Source of the DNA: Octopus vulgaris
Lineage: Eukaryota
NCBI GenBank assembly: GCA_951406725.2
Contig: OX597841.1
Coordinates: 13,268,001-13,332,000, forward strand
Direction of reading: 5' to 3'
Length of the DNA stretch: 64,000 nt
Shown: piece by piece, positions 12,025 through 25,728 of the stretch
How the letters are laid out: each line of letters opens with the position of its first letter
Numbering within the stretch: the stretch's first letter is position 1
Notes under the pieces: model-generated
The model's input: only the letters and a program-made list of their open reading frames with translations
What the model was told of the DNA's origin: nothing
Databases searched by the model: none
Position numbers and translations under genes: made by a program

Positions 12025-12399
12025 CTGAAGTTGTCTGTGTGTGGCAGGTTTGGTAGCCTTCAACTTACACTATCTCCTCCGAGACCCTGCGGCACAAGTT
12101 GACCAAAATTGAGAGTATGATAGAAGAAGGCTTGCTCTTCATTCCGTAGAAGAAAAAATTCAAATCAGACCATGTTAACACCGAAAATTATTTACATCAA
12201 AAAGGTGCTTTTTTTCTATAAAAATCTCTATTTTTTACAATTTTTTGACTGCTGTCTCGCCATTTTTCAGTGTATTTCAACCAGAAAAATGTTCACTTAA
12301 AGAGAATAACAAGCTACATAACGCAGAATTTATACTTTTCAAAAATTCCAATTCTTAAGGGTTGGAACAAACCCGAGCAACGCGGGGCGAGACTGCTAG
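11976..12399 (+). mobile_element. Non-autonomous Helitron
   Basis: 5' (TA)n-AAAGCTGAAG, 3' GC-rich hairpin CCCGAGCAACGCGGGG then CTAG|T. Highly similar copy at 23244-23660. Confidence 0.8.
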
Positions 12400-12829
12400 T
12401 ATACATATATATATATTTATATATATATCATCATCATCATAAAATCTTGGGGGTTAACCAAACACTATTGCTTGTGAAGATAAAAGAGCAAAATCTCTCA
12501 ACAAGCTCCAGCCTGGTCCACAAGTATGTCTGTGAAACAATGGCAAGCAAGTGGAAGGCGTCATTTCAAGACTAAAATTAACAGTTCCTTGTGTGTTACC
12601 GAGATTTTTTATAAATGGAACGCATTGTTGTCTGTGTTTAAACAATAAGGGTTGTTAATAACCTACATCTACTGACATTCTTTTAATCTTTTGTTTGTTT
12701 GTCATTAGACTGTGGCCATGCTGGAGCACCGTGCCAAAGAAATTTTAGCCAAATGAATCAACCTCAGTACTTCATTTTGTTTTTTGTGTTTTTGTTTTCT
12801 TCAAAGCCTGCTCCAGTTGGGTAACCATG

Positions 12830-13465
12830 TCTCTTCTCAACAGCAAAACACCTGTTTCTGTCTCTCTGTCTCACTCTAACCTTTCATCATCTGACACAAG
12901 ATCACCTCCTCCAATGCCCTTCCCCTCTCAAAAGATTTTTGTCTTGACAGTTACTTGGTGACCCTGTCAGTATAGGTGCCACTTAAAAAGCACCCAGTCC
13001 ACACTTAAGTGGTTGGCATTTGGAAGGGCATCCAGCTGTAAAAACCTTGCCAAAACAAACACAGAAGTCTGGTGCAGTCTTCTACCTGGCCATCCCCTGT
13101 CAAACCGTCCAACCCATGCCAGCATGGAAGGCGGATGTAAAATGATGATGATGATGTCCATGTTGGCATGGGTCAGACAGTCTGACCAGGGCTGGTAAGC
13201 CGAGGGGCTGCACCAGACTCCTGTGTGATTTAACAATTTAACATGGTTTCTGGGGCTGGATGTCCTTCCCTAACATCAACCCCGCTGAGAGTGCAATGGA
13301 TGTTTTTACGTGCCACTGGCATGGGTGCCACTTGTGTGACACCAGTATCTGCCACAACTTGATGGATCCTCTTCTCAAGCATGGCACATTGCCAAAAGTC
13401 ACAGTCGTTTGTCCATTGTCTGCCTGAGGCCTAATGCTCGAAAAGGGCTCTTTACGTGCCAATGG
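12830..13465. mobile_element. Two family C SINEs, tail-to-tail
   Basis: + copy ends in (GAT)n at ~13156; a - copy starts immediately after (TCCATGTTGGCATGGG). Confidence 0.7.
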
Positions 13466-13746
13466 TGAAATTTCTGCTTCATTGAATTAAGGGGACTGCT
13501 GTTTTTTTGGAGGGTCTACATTTGTGGCCCTTGGCATGATACAAGGTTAAAAATGGGACAATTACAACTCTGTATTGCAACTCTGAACATATCTGTTGCT
13601 TGTACACCATCACATAAAGAAAAACACATCTTTTACCTTTGACTTGTTTCACTCACGACTGCGACCATGCTGGGGCACCAATCGAAGAATTCTTGCTTGA
13701 ATGGGGATGTAAACACACCAACACCGGTTGTCAAACAGTGGTGGGG

Positions 13747-13777
<31 letters not shown>

Positions 13778-14194
13778 GCTTCATTCAGTTTCTGTCTATA
13801 AAATCGGCTCACGAGGCTTTGGTTGGCCTGAGGCCATAGCAGGAGACACTCGGCCATGGTGCCACATTGTGGGACTGAACCTAGAACCATGCAGTTGGGA
13901 ATAAAGCTTCTTACCACACAATCCTGCCTGTACCTGTCATATTTTATAAAAAGGAAAAATACTTTTCACGTTTTTGTTTTACGGTTTTTTTTTTCAAGTT
14001 AACAACCAAACAAAAAGATATTTAAGCAACCGAAATAATCTGATTTTCTGCGAAAACTGAATTGAATAGCCCTATATATAAATATGTGTGTCAGTGTGTC
14101 ACACTGTTAAAGAATACCAGCAATGTTTCCTCTCTGTTTTGTAAAAGGCAGCGAAAAGAGGTCGAGGTCAGATCTGCACTGTGACCTTGTAAAG

Positions 14195-16060
14195 CCTTCA
14201 CCAGCAACGACTCCCCAAACAGACCCCTGGGTTGCAGGGTTGTCGCCTGGATAGTGCAAAGGTGTCACCCACCAGGAGTAGGGGAATCACCAAGAAATGG
14301 TGGATGTGGCAATGCGCTGTTACAGTGCATACCTTCCATACTACTACTATTACTACTACATGTTGACAACCTGTTCTGTGATAATAGGCAAAGCCTACAG
14401 TTGTAAGCATTGGGATAAAATGGGTCAATGCCCCGGGTGTGTATGGTCTATTCACAACTGACTTCTCTTTGTGGTAACCCACACCCCAAAGGAAATAATT
14501 ACATGTTGAAAGGTCAGGTGATCCTGCAGGTCCCTTGATCTGCCACCAGACCAGGAAATGATGGGGTCTGTAAGTGATCCATAGAAGTTAGTGTCTGTTG
14601 GGGGCCCACAGTTTTGTGAGAACCATGCACTGTGGTTTTAATTCTCTGTTACTTCAGTACCAGAGAAAGGAAGTTGGGAGTTGTGGAGGCTGGGCACGAG
14701 TTGTCAACGTCGTCATTGTTTTAACATCTAGTTTTCCTTGTTTGCATGGGTCAGATGAGTTTTCCTGTCACCAAAACCTTTGTTGTATCCAGATGAGATG
14801 ATCTGCCAGGATATTGAACAAATATCCCAAACCTATTTCTTTACTACCCACAAGGGGCAAAACACAAAGGGGACAAACAAGGACAGACACACGGATTAAG
14901 TCGATTACATCGACCCCAGTGCATAACTGGTACTTAATTTATTGACCCCGAAATGACGAAACGCAAAGTCAACCTTGGCGGAATTTGAACTCAGAACGTA
15001 GCGACAGACGAAATACCTATTTCTTTACTACCCACAAGGAGCTAAACACAAAGGGGACAAACAAGGACAGACACATGGATTAAGTCAATTACATCAACCC
15101 CAGTGCGTAACTGGTACTTAATTTATTGACCCCAAAAGGATGAAAGGCAAAGTTGACCTCGGCGAAATTTGAACTCAGAAAGTAACGACAGATGAAATAC
15201 CGCAAAGCATTTCGCCCAGCATGATAACGTTTCTGCCAGCTCACCGCCTTATTATCCCAAACCTGTTACATACAGGGAACTGGGAACATATAAGGGGCTC
15301 TTTGGCTCACAAAGATTGTGTAACATAGTAAGAAATGTCAGGATGACCAGATAGCCTTTTATGGTGGACACCAACAGGAGGTCAGTGTTTAAAAACCAAT
15401 GAACACAAAGGGTACACCCCCCCACCTGACCTGGGTTATTAACCCCTGTTAGGGTCCCAGTTGGGGGTTAACTAGAATATGTGCCACCCACTTCAGACAC
15501 TGGCTGTGTCTGCTCCGATAATCGGCTGTGATTTGCTGCAGATCACACTGTCCCAAAGTGTTTATTCCTTTAAGGGTCTAACTGAATAAATCAACCCCAG
15601 AACTTATTTTTAAGCCTGGTACTTATTCTACAATCTCTTTTGCCCAACCGCTAAGTTACAGGGGAGGCAAACAAACCAACACTGGTGTGACACACAGACA
15701 CACACATACATGCACACACCCAGGGTACATCTGCTCTGATAATCAGTGGCAACTTGGTCAGTGAATTCTCTGGGATGATCAACCCAATCGGCAGCAAGAC
15801 GAGCTGCTACGGATCATACCATTTCCAAAATGTATGAATGTGACCAGAGAGCCACATGTGAATTTGTATTCCCATTGGGACTCCAAACAGGACCTCCACA
15901 CCGAATAACGACTATGGCTATAGCATCCTTGCTGTCCAACATGCTTGCTCTTCCTGTGGGGCATCTGTCAAATTTGCTAGCAGGATTTTTGGGCCTGCTG
16001 GAATGATGGGGGTCAGTATTCACGAGGAACGAATACAGCATTGGGCAGCGCTGACTAAAA
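14195..16060 (-). pseudogene. Highly decayed Gypsy-type pol (RNase H then integrase), interrupted by SINEs
   Basis: Minus-strand remnants in Gypsy order: SMLDSKDAIAIVVIR/WRSCLESQ (resembles STFDRELLAI..HFRHFLEG), EFTD, PLYVPSSL, IITEQ (ITTDQG-like), VTAH (TTAYH-like), IPLLLVG..LFGESL. By-eye motif matches with many frameshifts. Confidence 0.45.
14832..15250 (-). mobile_element. SINE family B, body-duplicated form
   Basis: Two ~185-bp bodies, one head. TSD TATCCCAAACCT at 14823-14834 and 15253-15264. Confidence 0.85.
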
Positions 16061-16532
16061 TCATCCTGAGTGGATGTCACTACAAGTACACAGTCACATG
16101 TCCACCATGAAGGGGACACTCCTAAGCTCGCCTGCCAAGAATTGCATCTGTGAATGGATTTGATAGGCAGAAACTGAAAGAAGCCCTACATATATATATG
16201 TTTGTGTGTCTCTATTTGTCCCCCCCAACATCACTTGACAACCGATGTTGGTGTGTTTATGTCCCCATAAACCTAGCAGTTCTGTGAGATCGCTAGAATA
16301 AGCCCTAGGCTTACAAAGAACAAGTCCTGGGGTTGATTTCGTTCGACTGAAGGTGGTGCTCCAGCATGGCTGCAGTCAAATAACTGAAACAAGTAAAAGA
16401 ATAAAGTTATGCGTATGTGTATATAATTATCTCTGTTGTGTTCATATAGAAATATGTGAACTCGGGCGTGTAGGTTTTTGACTATTTAAAGGAGTGTAGT
16501 GGAACATTCCAGGGGTTCCACACTTTGTATAT

Positions 16533-16564
<32 letters not shown>

Positions 16565-17008
16565 GTATATGTGTGTGTATATATATGTATGTATATAGTT
16601 TACAAACACTTGTACATCTTTCCCTGTGAGACATTCCATTAGTCAGATGTCAGTCAGAGATCACATTTTTCAGGGTTCCTCTTCTCTGCTAAGGAATGGC
16701 CGTGTTCTTTTGGGCCACACTGTGCCACACTTTCTCCCCTACCGCTACTGCTTTTCTTCTCTCTGCCTTTTATCTTCTGCAGACTTCCATACCAAACAGG
16801 GTGCAAATGGAACCTTTGTTACAGCAAGCAGCAACAGTATTTTACTGGGTTTTCGGTCTCTTTTGGCAGTTCTCTTCCTTTTTTCTTCTTCTGACAGACT
16901 TCTCACTTCCATGATGAAGCATTTTGCTATTTCCCTCTGGAATTTTTGAAGAATTACACATTTCTACTACTCTGCTTTACTTTCTCAATGTTAACGAAAG
17001 ATATGCAC

Positions 17009-17057
<49 letters not shown>

Positions 17058-18718
17058 ATCTGTGTGTGTGTGTATAAATATATAATATGCTGGTTTCACA
17101 TGTTAGATTGTGGCCATGCTGGGGCATATTATCTAAATTGTGTGTCTGTATATATATCTGCATACATAAACACATTTTACACAGATGAGTATATATATAT
17201 ATTAATAAATAAAACATATGCATATATATATACATATATGTAGGTACCAACCTCTACATGTATATATACATGCATATATGGGTACAGGACACCAAAAAAA
17301 CGTCGAACACAATGAGAAACGAAAACATAAACACAAACCCAAGGAAATGGGCATTTTTCTTAAACAACGAAAAAATAGAGTACAGGACAAATAACACAAA
17401 GAAAAAACCCCTTCTTCAGTCACCATGGTTTCATCTACTCTCTCTCTATATATATAGCTAGCTAGCCACTTTATTATTATTAATAATGGTAATGATAAAT
17501 ATATGTATATGTACACACACACACGCATATGATTTATGACTCTATACACCCCTCATTGCTTTCTCTTGTACTGTATATTCTATATCTTTTGTAGAATGGT
17601 ACATTAAGCTTTTTTTTATGAGTGCCATAAGATTGGTTGGATCCATATAGGATGACATATGTATGTATGTATATTATTCATATTTATGTAAAGCATGTGT
17701 ACACACACACTTACACACTCTCTTTACATAGGTAAAAATTATACATGAATATTTATCTATACGTACCTTATACACAGTTATGAATATATGAGTATACACA
17801 CATCAGCATATGTATAGTGTACATAAATATATAGCATACTCGTGTGTGTGTGTACACGTGAGTGTGGCAAGATAGACACTCACACACACACGCGTACCCT
17901 CACACGTACCCCCCCCCAGACACACATGTACCCTCATGTACACGCACACATATTGTGTGCATATATTATACATACAGCAGACATGCGTTATACAAATATA
18001 ACATATATATACACACACATGGCTCTACCCTGCAGTGTCTTCCTTGTCTGAAATAAAGACCCTAATCCCTGTTCTCTCTCCCCCTCCATTTGCCCCTAGT
18101 TCTCAGGGTGTGGATGGGGTAGCATTGTCTGTTGGGGTTAGGGCCCTTTTTTTTTCTTAAGCTTATTTTGTCTCTGTCTGCCTCCCACATGAAAGGGTGT
18201 TGGGGTGGTGACGGGGTGGGGGGGTTTAGAAAGATAGGGTGGATGGGTGGGGAACATTCTCACCTACCCCTGTGTAACCGTGTGTGTGAGATCTAGTTTC
18301 AGCCATTAGGCTGGCCATGCTGGGGCACCACCTCAAAGAATTTTGACTGAATTGGCCGTCCCCAATTCACATTTCCTTCTTTTTGTTTGCAAAGCCTGGT
18401 ATTTATTCTGTCAATCTCTTTTGGTGAACTGCTAAGTTACAGGGATGCAAACGCCCCAACACCAGTGGTCAAGTGGTGGTGGTACACACCCACACGCAAT
18501 GGGCTTCTTTCAGTTTCCATCTACCGTATCCACTCTCAGGGCTTGGGTTGACTTGAGGCTGTAGAAAAAAGACATTTGTCCATGGTGCCATGCAGTGGAA
18601 CTGAACCCAGATCCATGTGGTCTTGAAGCAAGTTTCTTACCACACAGCCATGCCTCTGCCTGACATTTCTTAAAGTATATTTATGCACACGCTAAACATA
18701 TCTCCATACATATACACA

Positions 18719-18768
<50 letters not shown>

Positions 18769-18889
18769 CACATACAAACATATGTATGTACTCACGCATG
18801 CACACACAATCACGGGCGCAAGCGGTCGCATGCAGTCACAAGGGCACATGAAGTTGCATGGGCACGAGGGCGCAGTCGCATGGGCACAG

Positions 18890-18922
18890 GCACACGCACA
18901 CACAATCACAACCACACAATCA

Positions 18923-18957
<35 letters not shown>

Positions 18958-19003
18958 ACTCACACACACACACACACAATCACTCACACACACACACACA
19001 CAA

Positions 19004-19039
<36 letters not shown>

Positions 19040-19216
19040 ACTCACACACACACACACACACACAATCACTCACACACAATACACACACACACACGCAATC
19101 ACAATCAAACATATACAATGACACACACAATCACTCACATACACATACACACACACAATCACACAATCAAACATACAGTGACACACACACACACACACAC
19201 ACGGTCACACACACAA

Positions 19217-19269
<53 letters not shown>

Positions 19270-19280
19270 CACACACACGT
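18890..19280. repeat. (CA)n/CAAT compound microsatellite
   Basis: Direct inspection; explains the HT-rich ORFs. Confidence 0.95.
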
Positions 19281-20204
19281 GTGTGCATGCGTGGATATAT
19301 CCCTGTCCCGCCCCCTCCCCGGCCTTGTCTCATCTTGCCACACTCTCTTTCCAAGTCTTATATTACCCTATTTGGTAAGAGAAACAAAACCAAGCTGACA
19401 GCGATGGTGCTGCTGATGATGATGATGATCAGGGAGTCTGACAGGAGAGTGGGGGAGCTGTTGGAGGGGGGGAGAGGGAGTCATTTCGTTTCTTCAATTA
19501 TTTTTTAAACATCTCAGGGTTTTTTTTTTTATATCTTTTCCATATTGAAATTTGTTTACTTTTTGTTTTCTAAGTAAATAGCGGAGCAACGATGGTGGTG
19601 GTGGTGGTGGTGACGGCGGCAAGGATCTGGTGTGGTGGGCAAGGAAAGGAGTAGGATGCATGGATGGATGGATGGATGGATGGATGGTGGTGGTGTGGGA
19701 TGCGGTGGGGAGTTTAGACTTTTTGTGTGTGTGTCTGTTTTTTTTTTTTATTTCTCCCCTTTTTTAACCCCTATCTTTTTTTCTTATTTTGTTCCCTTTC
19801 TGTGTCTGCTTCTCTCAGCAAACCCCCATCACCCCAACCTTGTCTTGCTGGGGGTGGGGGTGGGGTTTTGCCGCCTATTTCTTCGCTCTCACGCACATAC
19901 ACCATACACATGCGTACACACATCTATGCACACACACACACACATGTAGGCACATGTGGACATACACATGTGGGGAGACACACACACACACACATGCCAA
20001 GACACACTCAATGCGGGGAGACATACACACACACATGCAGGGAGACATACACACACACATGCAGGGAGACATACACACACACATGCAGGGAGACATACAC
20101 ACACACACACACACACGTGCATGTACACACACAAAGGCGTGTACACATACACAAGAGTGTACACACACACAAGAGTGTACACACACACACACACACACAC
20201 ACAT

Positions 20205-20486
20205 AAGTGCAAACATCAATAGAAAAATCAAAGAAGTGGGGTCTGAAACTCTTGAGGGTTTTATGGTGCAAGTTTTGGAAAGAGCACAGGTGTGCAAAGC
20301 CGAAAATGGCTGCCATTTAAGCAATGTCATTTTTCATATGTGATGTTGTGGTGTTGCAAAATTTGACTTGTGTATATTAATTTCCATTATGTCCTTTATA
20401 TTGTATCAAAATTTCATGCATTTATTTGTAAAGTCAAGGAAGTTATTAAAAATTGAAACCCTTTCGGTGACTTTTGGGACACCCTG
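20205..20486 (+). mobile_element. Tc1/mariner-superfamily 3' remnant (transposase C-terminus and right TIR)
   Basis: ANINRKIKEV..ETL...ERAQVCKAENGCHLSNVIFHM*, then GGGACACCCTG-TA terminus. Confidence 0.6.
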
Positions 20487-20489
20487 TAT

Positions 20490-20672
20490 AATGCTTATTT
20501 ATTCCAATGTCGAGAATTAATCACGTGTTATCTTGTACCCTTGGGATATTGTTGTGATTGCTTATTTTTAGAATGACATTGTAGGATAGGTGTGAGAGGC
20601 TGGATCTGGCTAGTTTGAACATAAAACAGATTTTGGCCCCAGATGTGGCCGGTTTAAATGCTAAAGGATTAA
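20490..20672. mobile_element. piggyBac-like MITE family 1, partial
   Basis: Ends GCCGGTTTAAATGCTAAAGGA-TTAA; similar to 48519-48740. Confidence 0.6.
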
Positions 20673-20709
20673 CCTTCACTTGAAATTGTTCTGCTTTCTA
20701 TATAATATA

Positions 20710-21107
20710 GGCGCAGGAGTGGCTGTGTGGTAAGTAGCTTGCTAACCAACCACATGGTTGCGGGTTTAGTCCCACTGCGTGGCATCTTGGGCAAGTGTCT
20801 TCTGCTATAGCCCCGGGCCGACCAATGCCTTGTGAGTGGATTTGGTAGACGGAAACTGAAAAAAGCCCGTCGTATATATGTATATATATGTATGTATGTG
20901 TGTGTTTGTGTGTCTGTGTTTGTCCCCCTAGCATTGCTTGACAACCGATGCTGGTGTGTTTACGTCTCCGTCACTTAGCGGTTCGGCAAAAGAGACCGAT
21001 AGAATAAGTACTGGGCTTACAAAGAATAAGTCCTGGGGTCGATTTGCTCGACTAAAGGCGGTGCACCAGCATGGCCGCAGTCAAACGACTGAAACAAGTA
21101 AAAGAGT
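20710..21107 (+). mobile_element. SINE family A, full-length CpG-rich (young) copy
   Basis: GGCGCAGGAGTGGCTGTGTGGTAAG head, CTTGGGCAAGTGTCTT, internal (TA/TG)n, GACTGAAACAAGTAAAAGAG tail. Confidence 0.9.
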
Positions 21108-21147
21108 AATACGGTAACTCTTTACAACTGATGACACCTGTTGGTTG

Positions 21148-22095
21148 AAGGTGGCAAATTAACAAGAATCGTTAGCACACAGGAGAGAACGATTAGTGCA
21201 GTTTCATTTGTCATTACGTTCGGAGTTCAAACTCTTCTGAAGTCAACTTTTCATCTTTCCAGGCTCTGTAAAATAAATACCAGTCATGCACTGGGGTTGG
21301 CATAATTAACTTACATCCTTCCTTGGAATTGCAGGTCTTGTGCCAAAATTTGAAACCATTATTATTATTTTTTGCCTTTCATCCTTTTGGGGGTCAAACC
21401 CTAACCCTATATTACTGGTCAAGTATTGGGGTCAATGTAATCGATCGTCTCCCTCCCCCAAAATTTCAGGCCTTGTGCCTATACTAGAAAGGATTATTAT
21501 TTTAAGGGGGTGGGGTAAGCTGGCAGAATAATTAGCATGAATGGGCGAAATGCTTAATGGTATTTCGTCTACCCAATGTTCTGAGTTCAAATTCCGCCGA
21601 GGTCGACTTTGCCTTTCATCCTTCCGGGGTCGATTAAATAAGTACCAGTTACGCACTAGGGTCGATATAATCGACTTAATCCATTTGTCTATCCTTGTTT
21701 AGCCCCTTGTGGGTAGTAAAGAAATAGGTATTTTGTCTGCCATGATATTCTGAGTTCAAATTCCGCCGAGGTTGAAGTACCAGTTATGTACTGGGGGTGG
21801 TCTAATCGACTGCCCCCCCATCCCCTCTCCCAAAATTTCGGGCCTTGCGCCTAGATTAAAAAAGATTATTATTATTTAGATGGGTGAGCTGATAGAACTT
21901 TTAGCATGCCAGGCTAAATGATTTGTGGCATTTTGTCCACCTTCACATTTCTGAGTTCAAACTCCACCAATGTTGACTTTGCCTTTCATCCCCTCCTGGG
22001 TCAATAAAATAAGTACCAGTTGACCACTGGGGTCAATATAATTGACTTATTCCCTTCTCCAGACTTGCTGGCCTTGTGCCAAAGATTTGAAACCT
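21148..22095 (+). mobile_element. Head-to-tail cluster of about four family B SINEs
   Basis: Repeated GCCTTTCATCC bodies, each ending in (ATT)n followed by the next head. Confidence 0.8.
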
Positions 22096-22392
22096 ATGTG
22101 ATTCAGCAAAATAATTCTCCATACTCAGGTTACCAGTACTTCCCCCTCCTCCCAGTGTTATTTTTCTTTTTTCATGTTTTTTAAGACTACGTATGGTTTC
22201 TTAATATCCTTAGGCTTTGTGTATCCTCAAATACAAGAGATTAATAGAATAACATTGATATTTAAATCTTAGTATTAAGAGTTTGGAGGAAAGTTTGCCA
22301 AATGACTGATAAGAGTGTGGGGGAGGGGGGTAGACAAGATTAGTCAATCGTGTGTATGTATGTGTGTGTATTTTTATTTAAAAAATTTTTTT

Positions 22393-22768
22393 ATTCTTTT
22401 ACTTGTTTGTCATTTGGCTGCGGCCATGCTGGAGCAGCACCTTTAGTCGACCAAACTGACCCCAGGACTTATTCTTCGTAAGCCTGGTACTTATTGTATC
22501 GGTCTCTTTTGCCAAACCGCTAAGTTATGGGGGATGTAAATACATCAACATCAGTTGAAAAGTGATGGTGGGGGGGACAAACATATACATATATATATAT
22601 ATATGATGGGCTTCTTTCAGTTTCCATCTACCAAATCCACTCACAAGGCTTTGGTCAGCCCGAGGTTATAGTAGAAGTCACTTGCCCAAGGTGCCATTCA
22701 GTGGTACTGAACCCAGAACCATGTTGTTGGTAAGCAAGCTACTTACCACACAGCCACTCCTACTCCTA
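22393..22768 (-). mobile_element. SINE family A
   Basis: Full-length reverse match to the consensus. Confidence 0.85.
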
Positions 22769-23243
22769 TTGATGTTTAAAAATTATGCATATATACATAC
22801 ATAGATACAATATACATAATTCTATACATCGATCTGAAACAACAGGATTACAAAAGAAAGACCAGAATTTAAGAGAAGAGAAAACCAAAATGTTTCAAGA
22901 TATTCTTTGAAGGATTTTATTTCAGATTTTCTCATTTTAAAAATCATCTCAGGTTAATCGTTGAGAGTATGTTGGTGTTGCCTTGGTGAAGTTTGCGCTC
23001 TTTCAGTGCTCTGATTATTATTATTATTAAGGCAGTGAGCTGGCAGAATCGTTAGCATGCTGGGCTAAATGCTTAGCGGTTTTTCACCTGTCACTACATT
23101 CCGAGTTCAAATTCCACCGAGGTTGACTTGCATTTCATTATTTTCGAGTTGATTAAATAAGTACCAGTTACACGCTGGGGTCAATGTAATCGACTTAATC
23201 CCCTCCCCCAAGCTGCCCTTGAGGCTAAAATTTGAATTCATTA

Positions 23244-23660
23244 CTAGTAGTATCGTCCGGCGTTGCTCGGGTTTGTTTCGACCCTTTAGAATTTGAATTT
23301 TTGAAAAGTAAAAATTTTGCATCATGTAGCTTGTTATTCTCTTTAAGTGAACATTTTTCTGGTTGAAATACACCGAAAAATGGTGACACAGCAGTCAAAA
23401 AAATCGTAAAAAAGTAGGGATTTTCATTAAAAAAAAAAAGCACCTTTTTGATGTAAATAATTTTTGGTGTTAACATGGTCTGATTTGAATTTTTTCTTCT
23501 ACGGAAGGAAGAGCAAGCCTTCTTCTATCATAGTCTCAATTTTGGTCAACTTACGCTGCAGGGTCTCGGAGGAGATAGTGTTAGTTGAAGGCTACCAAAC
23601 CTGCCATACACAGACAGACAGCTTCAGCTTTATATATATATATATATAGAGAGAGAGAGA
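23244..23660 (-). mobile_element. Non-autonomous Helitron inserted in the tail of a family B SINE (23030-23243)
   Basis: Minus strand A|TC...(TA)n AAAGCTGAAG ... CCCGAGCAACGCCGGA..CTAG|T. Removing it restores TTTGAATTCATTA|TTATTG, with no TSD. Confidence 0.85.
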
Positions 23661-24062
23661 TTATTGTATGTCTTCCTCCCTCCTCTCCCAATAATCACTC
23701 ATTCATGTAAAGGTATATTCAGCAGTTTCTCTCTCTCTTCATTCATTCCTTAACAAAGGTGAAACCATTTGCTATTGAAAATATCACGCCTGAGGAATTC
23801 TTTCATCTTTATTTTCCCCCTTTTTTTTTCTATACCAAACAAGAATCTTACTTTCCTTACATGTTTTTTAATGTATTAACAGAAAACATTGATTTTTGAG
23901 GTTTCTATGAAAGTGAGATTTTGGCTCTGGCTTCCTTTGTTGTGAATTTTTTGCCTACAGATTTATATGCATCTATCCTTTACTCATTTCGGTCAATAAG
24001 CTGCGGCCATGCTGGGGCTCTGCCGTCAATTTTTGGTTGAATGAATGGAGCCCAGTATTTAT

Positions 24063-24455
24063 ACTCTTTTACTTGTTTCGGTCATTTGACCGTGGCCATG
24101 CTGGAGCACCGCCTTTAGTCGAGCAAATCGATCCCGGGATTTATTCTTTGGAAGCCTAGTACATATTATATCGGTCTCTTTTGCCGAACTGCTAAGTTAC
24201 GGGGATGTAAACACCAGCATCGGTTGTCAAGCGATGTTGGGAGGACAAACGCAGACACACAAACACATACATATATATATATATATACACACATATATAC
24301 GATGGGCTAGTTTCCATCTACCAAATCCACTTGCAAGGCTTTGGTCGGCCCGAGGCTATAGTAGAAGACACTTGCCCAAGGTGCCACTCAGTGGGACTGA
24401 ACCCGGGACCATGTGGTTTGTAAGCAAGCTACTTACCACACAGCCACTCCTACGC
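24063..24455 (-). mobile_element. SINE family A
   Basis: Full-length reverse match. Confidence 0.85.
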
Positions 24456-24837
24456 TTATTTTAATTTTCTTTAAAGTCTGTTAATTATTCTATTTATCTC
24501 TTTTGCCAAACTGCTAGGTTACAGTAGTCAAGTGGTGGTGGGACACCACGCGCACACACTGCAGGTTTCTTTCAGTTTCCGTCTACCAAATCCACTCACA
24601 AGGCTTTGGTCAGCCCGAGGCTAAAGTAGAAGACACTTGGTCAAGGTGCCAGAACTGTGATTTTCTACAGAAATTTGTTTGCTTCCCAAACATTGATAGA
24701 AAAAAACCCCCAAAAACTAAGAATTTTTGTATGTGTGGCTCTATGGTAAGAAGCTTGCTTCCTAATTGCATGGTTCTGGGTTCAGTCCCATTGCATGGTA
24801 CCTTGGGTAAATGTCTTGTACTATAGCCTCGGGTAAG

Positions 24838-25590
24838 CCAAAGGTTCAGATTTTTAGGTCTGTGGTCCTTCCTATCCTGTTCTATAGCAGTGGTTCCCAA
24901 AGTGGGTGGTATTGCCCCTCCTTAGGTGGTGGGGAGTTCCAAGGGGGTGTTGAAGAAAAGTGGGGCAATAAAGGGGGTGATTCATGTAAAAAGTGAGGGC
25001 TGTAATGGGGGCGGCAATTCATGTAAAAACAACAAAATAATGGGTTCATGAGGTTAAGTTTTGTGAAAAACTGTTGCTTTCATTTTGCTTCATAAAGAGG
25101 TCTGTATTTGTGATGGTTTGTTGGGGACGCTAGGAATGTGGCTTGGGTGTCAAGGGGGCAGCAGCCCCCCAAAATTTGGGAACCATTGATCTATAGTTGT
25201 AAAGGGTTCATGTCTTTAGGGCTCTGGTCTTTCTTGTCCTGCTCTATAATTGCAAAGGGTTCAGGCTTTTAGGTCTCTGGTCCTCTCTGTCTTGCTCTGT
25301 GGTTGTGAGACTTGGACACTGACCAGGACCCTCTGGGGTCATCTGAACTCCTTTGATAGCAGGATGCTTCAGAATTATGGGTTACCATTTGTTCTCAGAA
25401 ACTGGGTTGTGTCGTGTTTCATGTATGATTCAGGGGTGCCAGCTCGGAACCGTTTGGTCGGGTTCCTCGATTTTTCCAAGTTAGATCCTGTTTACTGTGT
25501 TGCTTTTACTGAGGATCCGACAGAGTTGACAATGGCTTGTGTTGGTCAACCATATGGCAGATGTGGACACAAGGGGGACTGAGCGGAATC
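24838..25590 (+). pseudogene. RTE-clade LINE RT C-terminal remnants
   Basis: KVQIFRSVVLPILFY (split by the hAT MITE) and RVQAFRSLVLSVLLCGCETWTLT..LNSFDSRML. Confidence 0.7.
24888..25188. mobile_element. hAT (Charlie-like) MITE, ~300 bp
   Basis: TIRs CAGTGGTTCCCAAA / TTTGGGAACCATTG; 8-bp TSD TTCTATAG / ATCTATAG. Second copy at 46802-47096. Confidence 0.85.
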
Positions 25591-25728
25591 CTGAAGGACA
25601 CGTGAATATCCTGGCACAAATGGGGACCACAGCAAGGTGCTGTGCCATCACATCCCCCCCCCACACCTTGATTGACCTGACTTATCTTTGGAGACTGACC
25701 CATGGAAGCAAAGAAAAGATGCTAAAAC

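Noticed and set aside
16626-16990. Unique-sequence ORFs as coding exons
   Set aside because: No recognisable domain or convincing splice-site pair.
17240-17445. Penelope-like remnant with CTGAAGA on the minus strand
   Set aside because: No helix II or GAAA in the right order; at most an unclassified repeat fragment.
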